From contig OZ024740.1 in assembly GCA_964016885.1 (NCBI GenBank), positions 110,484,001 to 110,548,000 on the forward strand: a DNA stretch of 64,000 nucleotides, written 5' to 3'. Below the pieces are notes generated by a model that made no database searches, had not been told where the DNA came from, and saw only the letters and a program-made list of their open reading frames with translations. The position numbers and the translations under genes are program-made. Below, piece by piece: positions 1-12,463 of this stretch (positions are counted from its first letter, which is position 1; the number at the start of each line of letters is the position of its first letter). This stretch comes from Eledone cirrhosa. Its lineage: Eukaryota.

Positions 1-38
1 TTTGAGAAAAAGATTCTAAATTGATAAAGAATTGAATA

Positions 39-195
39 TTAGCTGTATACTTTGTGAAATGTTTTATGGAATTTATGCAAGCCGATAGAAAACAAGTCAG
101 TGCGTCTATTTATTATAGAATCTAGATTAGAGATAATGGTAAATTTTTCATTTAGACAGAGATTGCAGATTTTAGATAGAGAACTGTTCAAGAGG
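39..195 (-). mobile_element. Penelope-like element (Naiad-type) endonuclease C-terminal fragment
   Basis: Translation ICNLCLNEKFTIISNLDSIINRRTDLFSIGLHKF aligns by eye with the C-terminus of the 41036-42628 ORF ([13 protein letters not shown]...[13 protein letters not shown]). Confidence 0.6.
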
Positions 196-345
196 ACGCA
201 GAAGAAACCTTCTTCCAAAATACATGGAACTCCTTTAACCATCTTTTGTTCTTATATATTATGTATACTCCAGTCCTACAAACTGTAGAGTGCTTCTTAT
301 CCGATATCTGCATTGCTTTATTGTACTACAATAAAACTCACCTCT

Positions 346-382
<37 letters not shown>

Positions 383-453
383 TGAAGTTTCCGTTGAAAA
401 TTGAAAAAGTCATAGGAATGAAGAGTGCTCTATGTAAGTACCAGAGCAAAATT

Positions 454-1463
454 TAATGTATAATAAACAATACAATATAATTACCTCATTACCAGAGGTT
501 TCCCGAATAAGACGAATACGAAAAACGTCCTCATTCGTTCGTCGGACAAGGCAATTTAAAACATAGTGAAATTTTGAAAAGTCTCCTCAAGAAATGCAAG
601 AGTTTAACGGGCAAAAAATATATAAATAAAAGTAATGCAAGAAATATATAAAAAAATAAGGAAATATAGTTAGGGTATGTGTATATGTATGTATATACAC
701 TCACAAATGTACATATGTGTGTATGTACAAATGCATGTGTATGGTGAAAATGTGTTCGTAAGTACATATATGAGGGCAAGTATATTTGTGTATATGTGAC
801 CACAAATACGTATATAATATGAGTTGAAAGATATAATATGAATTGAAAGATATAATATGAATTGTAAGATAATATAGTTAACACGCATCCAGATACAGGT
901 ATTACATACACATACGAGTATGAAAGCACGCGTATAAACACACACACACGCGCGGTCACTTATATGCGGAAGATAAAGAGGGAAGGGAGTGTAATTGTAA
1001 AAAGAAGTGTCATTCTCGATATATGATATAAAAATAAAACAATATATGAGAATGAAAAAAATGTTTCAATCAAAGAGAAAGTAATCAATTAACACTAGAA
1101 AAAAGAAAACAAACATAGGTACGCACGTACACACGCACATATACATATATGTACTTACGCACACATTTTCACCATACACATGCATTTGTACATACACACA
1201 TATGTACATTTGTGAGTGTATATACATACATATACACATACCCTAGCTATATTTCCTTATTTTTTTATATATCTCTTGCATTACTTTTATTTATATATTT
1301 TTTGCCCGTTAAACCCTTGCCTTTCTTGAGGAAACTTTTCTAATATTTCACTATGTTTTAAATTGCCTTGTCCGACGAACGAATGAGGACGCTTTTCGTA
1401 TTCGTCTGATTCGGGAAACCTCTGGTAATGAGGTAATTATATTGTATTGTTTATTATACATTA
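454..1463. repeat. Inverted repeat with ~320-bp arms (454-772 and 1144-1463), each carrying a hammerhead-like motif
   Basis: The arms are reverse complements with few substitutions; (TA)n lies directly at the right end and about 85 bp from the left end. Confidence 0.9.
1361..1438 (+). ncRNA. Type-I hammerhead ribozyme, variant core CCGACGA; mirror copy at 479-556 on the - strand
   Basis: aattgccttgt-CCGACGA-long stem II-GAAA-cctctgg-TA-atgaggtaatt; 11-bp stem I with G-U pairs; GUA triplet; U4C change in the core. Confidence 0.6.
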
Positions 1464-1629
1464 TATTATATATATATGTATATATGTATATATATATATA
1501 TATATAAACGGAAAAAATGAAACGAAATTTCATTTCCCACTCTAAGTACGGCTGTTACTTAAATATATGTATATATATATATACATACCACTGTACGTCT
1601 GTATACATATATGTATGTACATATACATA

Positions 1630-1683
<54 letters not shown>

Positions 1684-1840
1684 GATTTAATGCTCTGAAA
1701 TAGCGATATATATGTGAAGACAAACATAGAATATTCGAAAATATTCTGTATGTTTATAATAAACATTTTGAAGACCCAATCGCTATAGAATAGAATACGT
1801 CACGTATTACAATTTGAGATTCTCGATAAAAGCAAGGGAA

Positions 1841-1883
1841 GTAACCTACGCGTTTCATTCTTATTAGAAATCATCAGGATTAC
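1841..1883 (-). ncRNA. Minimal type-I hammerhead ribozyme (array copy 1)
   Basis: Reverse complement reads gtaatc-CTGATGA-tttctaataagaat-GAAA-cgcg-TA-ggttac. Confidence 0.85.
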
Positions 1884-2152
1884 ATATCCAATGCTTTTAT
1901 CGAGAACGACACAGCTAGAGACTTATAGAATACTTAGCTGTGTACAGGAACTGGTTTGAAAGAGCGGTAGCCGGTCCGGCAGAAATTAGAATTTGGATTT
2001 AATGCTCTGAAATAGCGATATATATGTGAAGACAAACATAGAATATTCGAAAATATTCTGTATGTTTATAATAAACATTTTGAAGACCCAATCGCTATAG
2101 AATAGAATACGTCACGTATTACAATTTGAGATTCTCGATAAAAGCAAGGGAA

Positions 2153-2195
2153 GTAACCTACGCGTTTCATTCTTATTAGAAATCATCAGGATTAC
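2153..2195 (-). ncRNA. Minimal type-I hammerhead ribozyme (array copy 2)
   Basis: Identical motif 312 bp from copy 1. Confidence 0.85.
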
Positions 2196-2378
2196 ATATC
2201 CAATGCTTTTATCGAGAACGACACAGCTAGAGACTTATAGAATACTTAGCTGTGTACAGGAACTGGTTTGAAAGAGCGGTTGCCGGTCCGGCAGAAATTA
2301 GAATTTGGATTTAATGCTCTGAAATAGCGATATATATGTGAAGACAAACATAGAATATTCGATAAAAGCATTGGATAT

Positions 2379-2421
2379 GTAATCCTGATGATTTCTAATA
2401 AGAATGAAACGCGTAGGTTAC
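2379..2421 (+). ncRNA. Minimal type-I hammerhead ribozyme (array copy 3)
   Basis: gtaatc-CTGATGA-tttctaataagaat-GAAA-cgcg-TA-ggttac; palindromic stem III ACGCGU. Confidence 0.85.
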
Positions 2422-2690
2422 TTCCCTTGCTTTTATCGAGAATCTCAAATTGTAATACGTGACGTATTCTATTCTATAGCGATTGGGTCTTCAAAATGTT
2501 TATTATAAACATACAGAATATTTTCGAATATTCTATGTTTGTCTTCACATATATATCGCTATTTCAGAGCATTAAATCCAAATTCTAATTTCTGCCGGAC
2601 CGGCTACCGCTCTTTCAAACCAGTTCCTGTACACAGCTAAGTATTCTATAAGTCTCTAGCTGTGTCGTTCTCGATAAAAGCATTGGATAT

Positions 2691-2733
2691 GTAATCCTGA
2701 TGATTTCTAATAAGAATGAAACGCGTAGGTTAC
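2691..2733 (+). ncRNA. Minimal type-I hammerhead ribozyme (array copy 4)
   Basis: Same motif, enclosed by a 15-bp outer stem ttctcgataaaagca/tgcttttatcgagaa. Confidence 0.85.
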
Positions 2734-2854
2734 TTCCCTTGCTTTTATCGAGAATCTCAAATTGTAATACGTGACGTATTCTATTCTATAGCGATTGGGT
2801 CTTCAAAATGTTTATTATAAACATACAGAATATTTTCGAATATTCTATGTTTGT

Positions 2855-2899
<45 letters not shown>

Positions 2900-2996
2900 T
2901 TATGTGTGCGTGTGTGTGTGTGTGATTATAGTGGAGGAGTCAACAATTATTTTTGATAGAAAGATGAATTTGATTTAAAAATCTTGGTTTATTCAG

Positions 2997-3049
<53 letters not shown>

Positions 3050-3311
3050 TATGTATATGTACATACATATATGTATACAGACGTACAGTAGTATGTATAT
3101 ATATATATATACATACAGGCACACATATATATATGTACGTATGGATTCACCGAACATTTATTATATGTGTGCATGTATGTATATTTATTATATGTGTGTA
3201 TATATACATACTTATATTTAAGTAACAGCCGTACTAAGAGTGAGAAATGAAATTTCGTTTCATTTTTTCCGTTTATCGTTTTCGGTACCCCGGCCGATTA
3301 ACTCACTCGAT

Positions 3312-3359
3312 ATGCAAATTAGGCTGCTCAGCCGTTAATATGAATAAGGAAAGTATATA
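3312..3359 (+). promoter_or_regulatory. Putative snRNA-type promoter module (octamer ATGCAAAT, PSE-like, TATATA) upstream of the family-B hammerhead; also at 9261 and 9739
   Basis: ATGCAAAT at 3312, tcagccgttaat at 3328, tatata at 3354; similar spacing in an unrelated family. Confidence 0.4.
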
Positions 3360-3393
3360 CTTTCGGACGTTCAACTATCTGGCAGGAAGGTAT

Positions 3394-3436
3394 ACGTTGC
3401 TGACGATAGCTAATAAGCTTGAAACTAGTACAGCGT
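3394..3436 (+). ncRNA. Minimal type-I hammerhead ribozyme (family B)
   Basis: acgttg-CTGACGA-tagctaataagctt-GAAA-ctag-TA-cagcgt; palindromic stem III ACUAGU. Confidence 0.85.
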
Positions 3437-3695
3437 TCCTTTATCAGTGTTGAACAAATGAGCAACGATGGTTGCTAGACACTGTACGGCTTAATTCGGT
3501 ATGTTTGTTTACAAACACACCGAGCATTATAATAAATGTTTGGTGAATCCATACGTACATGTATATATTTGTGCATGTATGTATATATACATACTACTGT
3601 ACGTCTGTATACATAAATGTATGTACATATACATACTTATATTTAAGTAACAGCCGTACTAAGAGTGAGAAATGAAAATTCGTTTCATTTTTTCC

Positions 3696-3767
<72 letters not shown>

Positions 3768-3987
3768 GTATGTGTGTGCGTTAGTTTGCTGTGCCTCTCA
3801 ATTAAAGACTTGCAGTAATCGAATGTTAAATTAAGTAAGTATGTTTAGTTATGTATAAAAATCAATGATCAGGGAAAGTAGCAAAAGTTCAATAAGATAT
3901 ATTGTTTCCTACGCTTGAATTACCCGTTGCTGTGCATAAACTCATTTCAATTCCGTCTTTTTAATCTCGTTTGTTTATGAACATGTG

Positions 3988-4073
<86 letters not shown>

Positions 4074-4100
4074 CATACATACATACATACATATATATAC

Positions 4101-4169
<69 letters not shown>

Positions 4170-4406
4170 TATGTATATGTATATATAAGTTTTATATAGA
4201 TACGCATGTGTATATATACATACACATATAAGTATAAGTGCACCCTTCACCCCCTTCGTGTCTGTTTACATTTGTTGTCCCCCCCCTTTTTTATCCCAAT
4301 AACTGATCTTAGTTATTGTTCGCCCTAGGCTGAGGTATCGTGTCTCTAACACGAAGAAATACCTATGATTCCTAGCAGACAACTGACTATGGATATTACC
4401 CTCTTC

Positions 4407-4460
<54 letters not shown>

Positions 4461-4464
<4 letters not shown>

Positions 4465-5062
4465 TGATGAGGGACTAATTTTATAATATGTAATCCATGT
4501 GCAACAATGCAGTATTCTTTTCCCCTTGTTTTTCATATATATTTACCTAAACTGCGATTATCTGTTTCTCTCTTTCTCTCTTACTGCTCCCCCGTTCTCT
4601 CTGTTTCTCTTATCTTCTTTCGTCCCCTCTGTCAGTTAAAACTTTCTCTCGACTGACCTCTTCCTCGCACTTCCACTCACTCACTCTCTGTTTCTCCCCT
4701 TCTCACTTCCTCCCGTTCGCTAGTAGTGGGGTTCCTTCTTTCTCACACCGCATTCACGGCGTACGGTCTGCTTCTCTGACCGCTCATGAAATTCACCCAG
4801 CTTATGCTGTTCGGATAACTATCATGTTGCTTGCTGTTTTCCCAACCTTCGGTTTGCTTTTCCTTCTGTTGTTTACTTGTCTCACTCGCTTTACGCGTTT
4901 CACTTGTCCCAATAGCTTATTTTAGTTATTGCTCGCACCAACCTGAGGTATCTGATTTTTAATGCGATGAAATACCAATGATAGTTGGCAAATCACTGAT
5001 GAGGGACTAATTTTATAATATGTAATCCACGTGCAACTATGCAGTATTCTTCTCCCCTTGTT

Positions 5063-5067
<5 letters not shown>
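4461..5067 (+). repeat. Interspersed repeat in (TA)n with a partial terminal direct repeat; related copies at 7476-7858 (+) and 8468-8685 (-)
   Basis: The block tcactgatgagggactaattttataatatgtaatcc... occurs at 4461 and ~4993 and, diverged, at ~7789. Confidence 0.7.
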
Positions 5068-5131
<64 letters not shown>

Positions 5132-5138
5132 CATATAT

Positions 5139-5310
5139 AGGAACAAGTAGGACCCCGACGTCTGAGCTCAAGCCGTTTCGACGGCTAATTCTAGACTAAA
5201 TGAACATTTTTAGCCTGGTAAATGAATGGCCGAACTTCTCAGGGGGTAATTCCATATATGGTAAAAGTGATTGTCACAAGGATTGGTCAAAAGTTTGTTG
5301 TTAAGACACA
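5139..5310. repeat. Interspersed repeat family (ccccgac...gagctcaagccgtttcgacggcta); copies at 8921-9080, ~29350, 33557-33842 and 37782-37920
   Basis: Shared core next to (TA)n in each copy, sometimes as local palindromes. Confidence 0.75.
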
Positions 5311-5388
5311 TGGTTCTATCATGGCATTATGTGGAAGGTAGGGGTAGCTGAACTTGCCGGTAGAAGAAAGAGGGAGAGGGAGTGGAGG

Positions 5389-5474
<86 letters not shown>

Positions 5475-5478
<4 letters not shown>

Positions 5479-6190
5479 TAAAATAACAGATTAAAGTTTA
5501 AGCAAAGAATCGCTGCTTTCACCCTTAATGGGATCTTCTGAAACTAACAAAGTCAATCTGTAAACGCAGAAGTGGATATTTCAAAAAACATTGCAACCGG
5601 AGGAAGACAGGAAGACGATACTTTGTTTCGTGGAACCGTTCCCTATGCAAATAAGTAATGGTATAAACATAACATATACTTAGCTACCACATCAAGACGT
5701 AAAATACCCACGTATAGGTCGTACTATCCGTTAGGGTATAATATGGTGCTGTAATACAGGAAAGTTTTGTGCAATTTATGTTTACAAGCCGAAATTGCCT
5801 CAGATTTTTTGTTTAAGATGTGGTCTGTGGCGTAGAGTATTTTCAGAGCCTCAGCGGCGCAGAGGCACATGGTCTTTTATTTCCGTTATACGATCTAGCC
5901 CTAGCTAGGATCTCCCAATGTAACTTATATTGGGTGTGGTTGTCTTTTAGACTCTAGATGTAAGCTGAAAGTGACGTCATATTCCTTCTTTTTTGAAATA
6001 TCCACTTCTGCGTTTACAGATTGACTTTGTTAGTTTCAGAAGATCCCGTTAAGGGTGAAAGCAGCGATTCTTTGCTTAAACTTTAATCTGTTATTTTAAT
6101 AAATATCTACTCTACGGTTCTTATATATTTCATATATATTTATCCTTATCGAGCCCTCTTTGGATTTTAGTGTTCAAATTTATTATTATT
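5475..6190 (-). mobile_element. 5'-truncated Naiad-like Penelope element (decayed EN C-terminus plus 3' region) with an inverted terminal copy at ~5988-6105
   Basis: The minus strand at ~5985-5765 reads TSLSAYI*SLKD...WEILARARSYNG / LCAAEALKILY...LNKKSEAISACKHK with a stop and frameshift; 5475-5588 is the reverse complement of ~5989-6103. Confidence 0.75.
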
Positions 6191-6225
6191 ACTATATATA
6201 TATACTTAGCTACATCCTATGATCA

Positions 6226-6319
<94 letters not shown>

Positions 6320-7054
6320 ATCATAGGATGTAGAAAAATGGCGGTGGCAGAGTTGTTCAGATTCAATATTTTATAACGATAAAAAAACAACCTAAAAGCG
6401 ATAAACCTAGTTATATGACTAAATCCCCAGAAAATTCCTGATTATTTTCCAAATAATTTGATAAACATAGACGTGTCTCTTAATAGAAACTTGTTATTTG
6501 AAGTGTTTATTTTTATCTAAGCATCTTTCATAATAATTCAATGTAGGAAGCCTTTGCTAAGTTATGTTTCAAACAGAATCATAATCCCGAATATGTTAGT
6601 CATATTACTAAATACACACAAAAATGCTTAAATATTTTCAAAATTATTTGAAAATCACCCATAGGCAGCGTCTTTCAATAATGATATAGCAATGAAATGA
6701 TTAAATGTTCCTATATTGTTGATAGCTGTTAAAATTAAATGGAGCTGTCACATTGTTAAATTCATAGAAAGTTCCATAGACTTTCCTCAGTGAATCCTCA
6801 AAAGACAATCCAAAGTCTCTGTCTTATTATTGAATACACTGGGGGACTAAAAGTATTAAAAGAATGGAGTTAAGCTGGTGATAGGTTGTCAGAAAAGTAC
6901 ATCCGTGGGAAAACATTGTTAGTGCCACCATTAATTTGAAACCGAACGACGGTTTAAGCCATCACTAAACACGGCAGTAAGTCACAGTGTAGACAGCTGC
7001 AACTTTTGTATACATTGCAGCACGTATAAATGTATCGTGTCTACTTCTGATGTT

Positions 7055-7114
<60 letters not shown>

Positions 7115-7397
7115 CATACACACATACACACACACACACACATACACACACACACACACGCACACCCACACACACACATATATATCTATATCTATATATA
7201 TATATGTATATATATTTGTTACCTAGTTAAGAAACAGACGAAGCAAACTTATAACACATTCCAAACAACCATATGAATAATACATACACACGCATTTCTG
7301 TATCAGCCTTATAACCTTTTCGTACATTAGCAGTGATTTCGTTTGGGGTAAACATGTCTAGTTCTTTAGATGCGTTCGAATGATGGGCGTGGAGCTG

Positions 7398-7478
<81 letters not shown>

Positions 7479-7659
7479 TTCCACTCACTCACTCTCTTCT
7501 TCTCCCTCTCTCTCACTTCCTCCCGTTTGACATGTGTGAAATCCTTTTCTCGCTCACATCTCACCCATGTCGGATGGTCTGTATCTCTCGTCCATGAATT
7601 CACCAAGCTTAAGCTTATAGATATCATGTACTTGTCTCTTCCTATCTTTCCGTTGTAAA

Positions 7660-7857
7660 AACCATCTTTTTTTGTTTCGCTCGCTTCACGCTATTTTACT
7701 TGTCGCAATAACTTTATTTAGTTATTGCTCGCACCAACCAGAGGTGTATGATTTTTAAAGCGATGAAATACCAATGAAGGTTGGAAGATCACTGATGAAG
7801 GACTAATTTTATTCATATGTAACCCATGTGCAACCACGCAGCATTTCATTTTTCTTA

Positions 7858-7916
<59 letters not shown>

Positions 7917-8158
7917 AAAGGAAGTATGTTTAGCAATCGGCGAGCGAAGTGTGAAAATTGAAAATAGTAAGCATCATCGTGATATGTGTCTAAATATAAT
8001 AGTCTAATAACGGGGCATATAAACACACTAAACAGAAAAAGGTCGGCATTCATATCAGTCGAACCCACACTACTTGTTTGCCGGACAAGCTCCTCATTGT
8101 AAAGAATGCACTTATCAAAAAAGACTATGAAACTACTAGTTCCCCCAAATCCATATAT

Positions 8159-8200
<42 letters not shown>

Positions 8201-8690
8201 GGATTTGGGGGAATTAGTAGTTTCATAGTCTTTTTTGATAAGTGCACTCTTTACAATGAGAAGCTTTTGCCCGGCAAACAAGTAGTGTGGGTTCGATTCA
8301 TATGAGTGCCGACTTTTTTCTGTTTAGTGTGTTTATATGCCCCGTTATTAGACTATTATATTTAGACACATATCACGATGATGCTTACTATTTTCAATTT
8401 TCACACTTCACTCGCCGATTGCTAAACATACTTCCTTTGTTTACACACACATATATATATATAGAGAGAAAAATGTAGTGCTGCGTGGTTGCACATGGGT
8501 TACATATAAATAAAATTAGTCCTTCATCAGTGATCTTCCAACCTTCATTGGTATTTCATCGCTTTAAAATCATATACCTCTAGTTGGTGCGAGCAATAAC
8601 TAAATAAAGTTATTGGGACAAGTAAAATAGCGTGAAGCGAGCGAGACATGTAAACAAACAAAGATGGTATTGCAACGGAAAGATACACTA
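7660..8690. repeat. ~1-kb compound imperfect palindrome centred on the (TA)n at 8153-8200
   Basis: 7912-8152 mirrors 8201-8443, and ~7660-7858 mirrors 8468-8685. Confidence 0.85.
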
Positions 8691-9076
8691 CTTACGATGT
8701 TTAAGTAGCGTTTATTTTGAAAATGAAAAGGCCATGTAATGCCTAATGCTAATTATAAATTTCTTAGAAACCAATTTTTTTTTGTCCACAGCAATGCGAG
8801 TGAACGAATTAATGTGTGCTGCAAATTTCGAGGAAATCGGCTGACTTCTCTTTAAGTTACGCCTCACAAAAGCCTTAAAATGCCCCCAAAATGCAGTTTT
8901 TCACCTAATGCTCACCTAATGCTCAAGCCGTTTCGACGGCTAATTCTGGATAGCCGTCGAAACGGCTTGAGCTCAGACGTCGGGGTCCTACTCGTTCCTA
9001 TTACCCACTCTACTACCTTAGTATTGAGTACTTTGGTGCGTTATGGTCCATCTGGTTCCTTACCACATTTCCTTCG

Positions 9077-9127
<51 letters not shown>

Positions 9128-9342
9128 ATATACGTACATACATATATGTATACAGACGTACAGTAGCATGCATATATATATATTTACATATATACATACA
9201 GGTACACATACATATATGTACGCATCAGTTTAGCGGTACGCCTGGCCGAACTCACTCGATATGCAAATTAGGCTGCTCAGCCGTTAATTTTCATAAGGAA
9301 AGTATATACTTTCGAACGTTCAACCATCTGGCAGAAGGGTAT

Positions 9343-9385
9343 ACGGTGCTGATGATAGCTAACAAGCTTGAAACTAGTACATCGT
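9343..9385 (+). ncRNA. Minimal type-I hammerhead ribozyme (family B); a tandem copy at 9821-9863 has the mutated core CTGATAA
   Basis: acggtg-CTGATGA-tagctaacaagctt-GAAA-ctag-TA-catcgt. Confidence 0.85.
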
Positions 9386-9542
9386 TCCTGTGTCAGTGTT
9401 GAACAAAAAGGTGACGTGGTTGTCTTAACACCGTGCGGCATAAATTCAGGCTGTTCAGTTTGTTTACAAACGAACAAAGCGGGCGCTATAATAAGCGTCC
9501 GCTAAACTGATGCGTACATATATGTATGTGTACCTGTATGTA

Positions 9543-9588
<46 letters not shown>

Positions 9589-10003
9589 TGCTACTGTACG
9601 TCTGTATACATATATGTATGTACGTATACATACATACTTACATTTAAGTAAGTGCCGTAATAAGAGTGAGAAATGAAATTTCGTTTTCATTTTATTACAA
9701 CTTATCGTTCTCGGTACGCCTGGCCGAACTCACTCGATATGCAAATTAGGCTGCTCAGCCGTTAATTTTCATAAGGATAGTATATACTTTCGAATGTTCA
9801 ACCATCTGGCAGAAGGGTATACGGTGCTGATAATAGCTAACAAACTTGAAACTAGTACATCGTTCCTGTGTCAGTGTTGAACAAAAAGGTGACGTGGTTG
9901 CCTTAACACCGTGCGGCATAAATTCAGGCTGTTCAGTTTGTTTACAAACGAACAAAGCGGGCGCTATAATAAGCGTACATATATGTATGTGTACTTGTAT
10001 GTA

Positions 10004-10073
<70 letters not shown>

Positions 10074-10185
10074 TGCTACTGTACGTCTGTATACATATAT
10101 GTATGTACGTATACATACATACTTACATTTAAGTAAGTGCCGTACTAAGAGTGAGAAATGAAATTTCGTTTTCATTTTATTACAA

Positions 10186-10264
<79 letters not shown>

Positions 10265-10513
10265 TTATGCACATATACTCACGTATATGTACATATGTAC
10301 ATTAATACACATATATAGACACTTGTGTGTGTCGATGTATGTACGTATACGCTGGTCACTTTTATTTTAGTGATGGGAGTTGATTTTGGACCAGAACCCC
10401 CCCCTAAAAAATAGGCTGTCGTCGTCGTTGTAGTAGTAGTAGTAGTAATGGTGGTGATGGTGGTGGTGGTACTAGTAGTAGTAGTAGCAGTAGTAGTGGT
10501 GGTGGTGGTTGTG

Positions 10514-10561
<48 letters not shown>

Positions 10562-11266
10562 ATAGTAGTGGTTGTGGTGGTGGTGGGTGTGCCAGTAGTA
10601 GTAGTAGGGGGAGGAGGAGAAAGACAGAATATGTTTACAACGACAGTAGCTAACTTTGGAAAACGTGACCTGTGATCGATCATAAATTCTTAATTACGAC
10701 CAGTTAATCTCTTCTGCCTAACTCTCTTTTGTTTCTCGTTCGCGAATATTCTATCACATTTTCTCCAATTATCTCTCATCATTTCATTCTTCTTTTCTCA
10801 TTTTGCTTTCTTTTTTCTTCTATCCATCTTTCTCTTCTTTATTTATGTGGGGTTTTTATCACTTCTCGTTTATTTATTTTTTGCTTGTTTTTACATAAAT
10901 TTATATTTACTCTTTCGTTTCGCCAGTTGATTTAATGTCTCTCCAGCTCATTTTTGCAACACACCATATCACCATAACACCATCCAACCTACCTAGCCTT
11001 CTGTTCACTGATTTCTCACTTGTTTCGTTCCGTTTTTCTTCTTCCTCTCGCTGTTTTCGTTCGTTCTTTGTTTCTTATAATTTTTACATTGTTCTTTTAC
11101 TCATGGTCTGATCTTTTTGTCTCTCTCGTTTCTTAGAGAGAAGAAATCCTTCTCACTGTGTCTAGTTTCCTTAGACTAATAGCATTACCATTGTTACTTT
11201 TACTCGTAATTATAGCCTCATTTAATTTTATGTCTTTATGTGTATTTTGCTTCTGGTACTTCTTTA

Positions 11267-11311
<45 letters not shown>

Positions 11312-11777
11312 TGTATATGGGTGTTTTTTTAAATTCATTTTACAATTTTTTCTCCCCGGTTCTTTACCCTTTTTCGCCATTCTTCGGTTATTTACTACCT
11401 TTGTCCGAACATTTCCTACTTCATTTTAGACTCTGATTTTCTTTTAAATCTTTATGTTACGATTTTTATCCGTTTGTTTGGCGTGTGTTCGAGGAGGGGT
11501 TAGTTATACGAAATATAGTTTTTTTCATTTTCCTTATCTTATTTCCTTCTTTCTAAAGTTAAAAGCCGATTTTATACATTTTATTAATCTTTTCTTCTTT
11601 TTTTCGACTTTTTCTTCACATTTTCACAAATTATTTTTATTTATTTTATCCTACTTTTTAAACCCCTAATTTCTCTTATTCTCTATAGTTTTCCACTCTA
11701 CTTTTTTGTCTGTCGTGTATGTGTCTTTTTAAATCACTCATTATTTTCTCTGTTTCATTCTATTCAATCATTACCAC

Positions 11778-11847
<70 letters not shown>

Positions 11848-12091
11848 GTCTATCTATATATCTACCTACCTACCTATCTATCTATATCGATCTATCTATT
11901 TATCTATCTCTCTCTCTCTCTCTCTATCTAATTATTTATGTATGTATGTATGAATGTAGCTATCTATTTATCTATCTAACCAACTGCCTGTCTACCTGTC
12001 TAATTGCTTGTCTCTTTCTCTCTTACACTTACATGCGCATACATTCACACACGCGCGCACACGGCCACTACATTTGTACCCGCAAATGTAT

Positions 12092-12140
<49 letters not shown>

Positions 12141-12147
12141 ATATATA

Positions 12148-12198
<51 letters not shown>

Positions 12199-12274
12199 CA
12201 AAATCCAGTAATTTATACAGCGTGAATTAGTTAAATAAAAAACAACAGCACAATCACTACCAATATGGAGATAA

Positions 12275-12430
12275 AATAATTGTTTCTACTTTAGGCACAA
12301 GGCCAGCAATTATCCCAGTACATTACTGGTACTTTATTTTATCGACCCCATAAGGATGAAAGGCAAAGTTAACCTCGGCGGGATTTGAACTCAGACTGTA
12401 AAGGGACGTAACTACGCTGGAAAGCATGGT
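12275..12430 (-). mobile_element. tRNA-derived SINE with a Meta-like central domain
   Basis: Minus strand has a B-box-like gagttcaaatccc followed by gcctttcatcct...ggggtcgataaaataaagtaccag; the same family recurs elsewhere in the window. Confidence 0.75.
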
Positions 12431-12463
12431 AAAATAATATCCAACAATAACAACGGAATTCCT

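Larger units (their letters stand above)
1681..2857. mobile_element. Retrozyme-like / PLE pseudo-LTR tandem array, 312-bp unit, inverted at ~2360, embedded in (TA)n
   Basis: Units start at 1681, 1993 and 2305 and are near-identical; from ~2359 the same unit runs on the opposite strand; one hammerhead per unit. Confidence 0.85.

Noticed and set aside
1681-2857. CRISPR-like array
   Set aside because: Whole units are identical with no unique spacers, the context is eukaryotic and there are no cas genes.
4461-8540. ctgatga motifs at ~4464, ~4996, ~7792 and ~8524 (-) as hammerheads or SECIS
   Set aside because: No correctly placed GAAA, stem III or NUH; the neighbouring hairpin lacks a clean SECIS quartet geometry.
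12360-12430. tRNA genes at SINE heads
   Set aside because: Only a B-box-like motif is retained, there is no cloverleaf, and each is fused to a SINE body.
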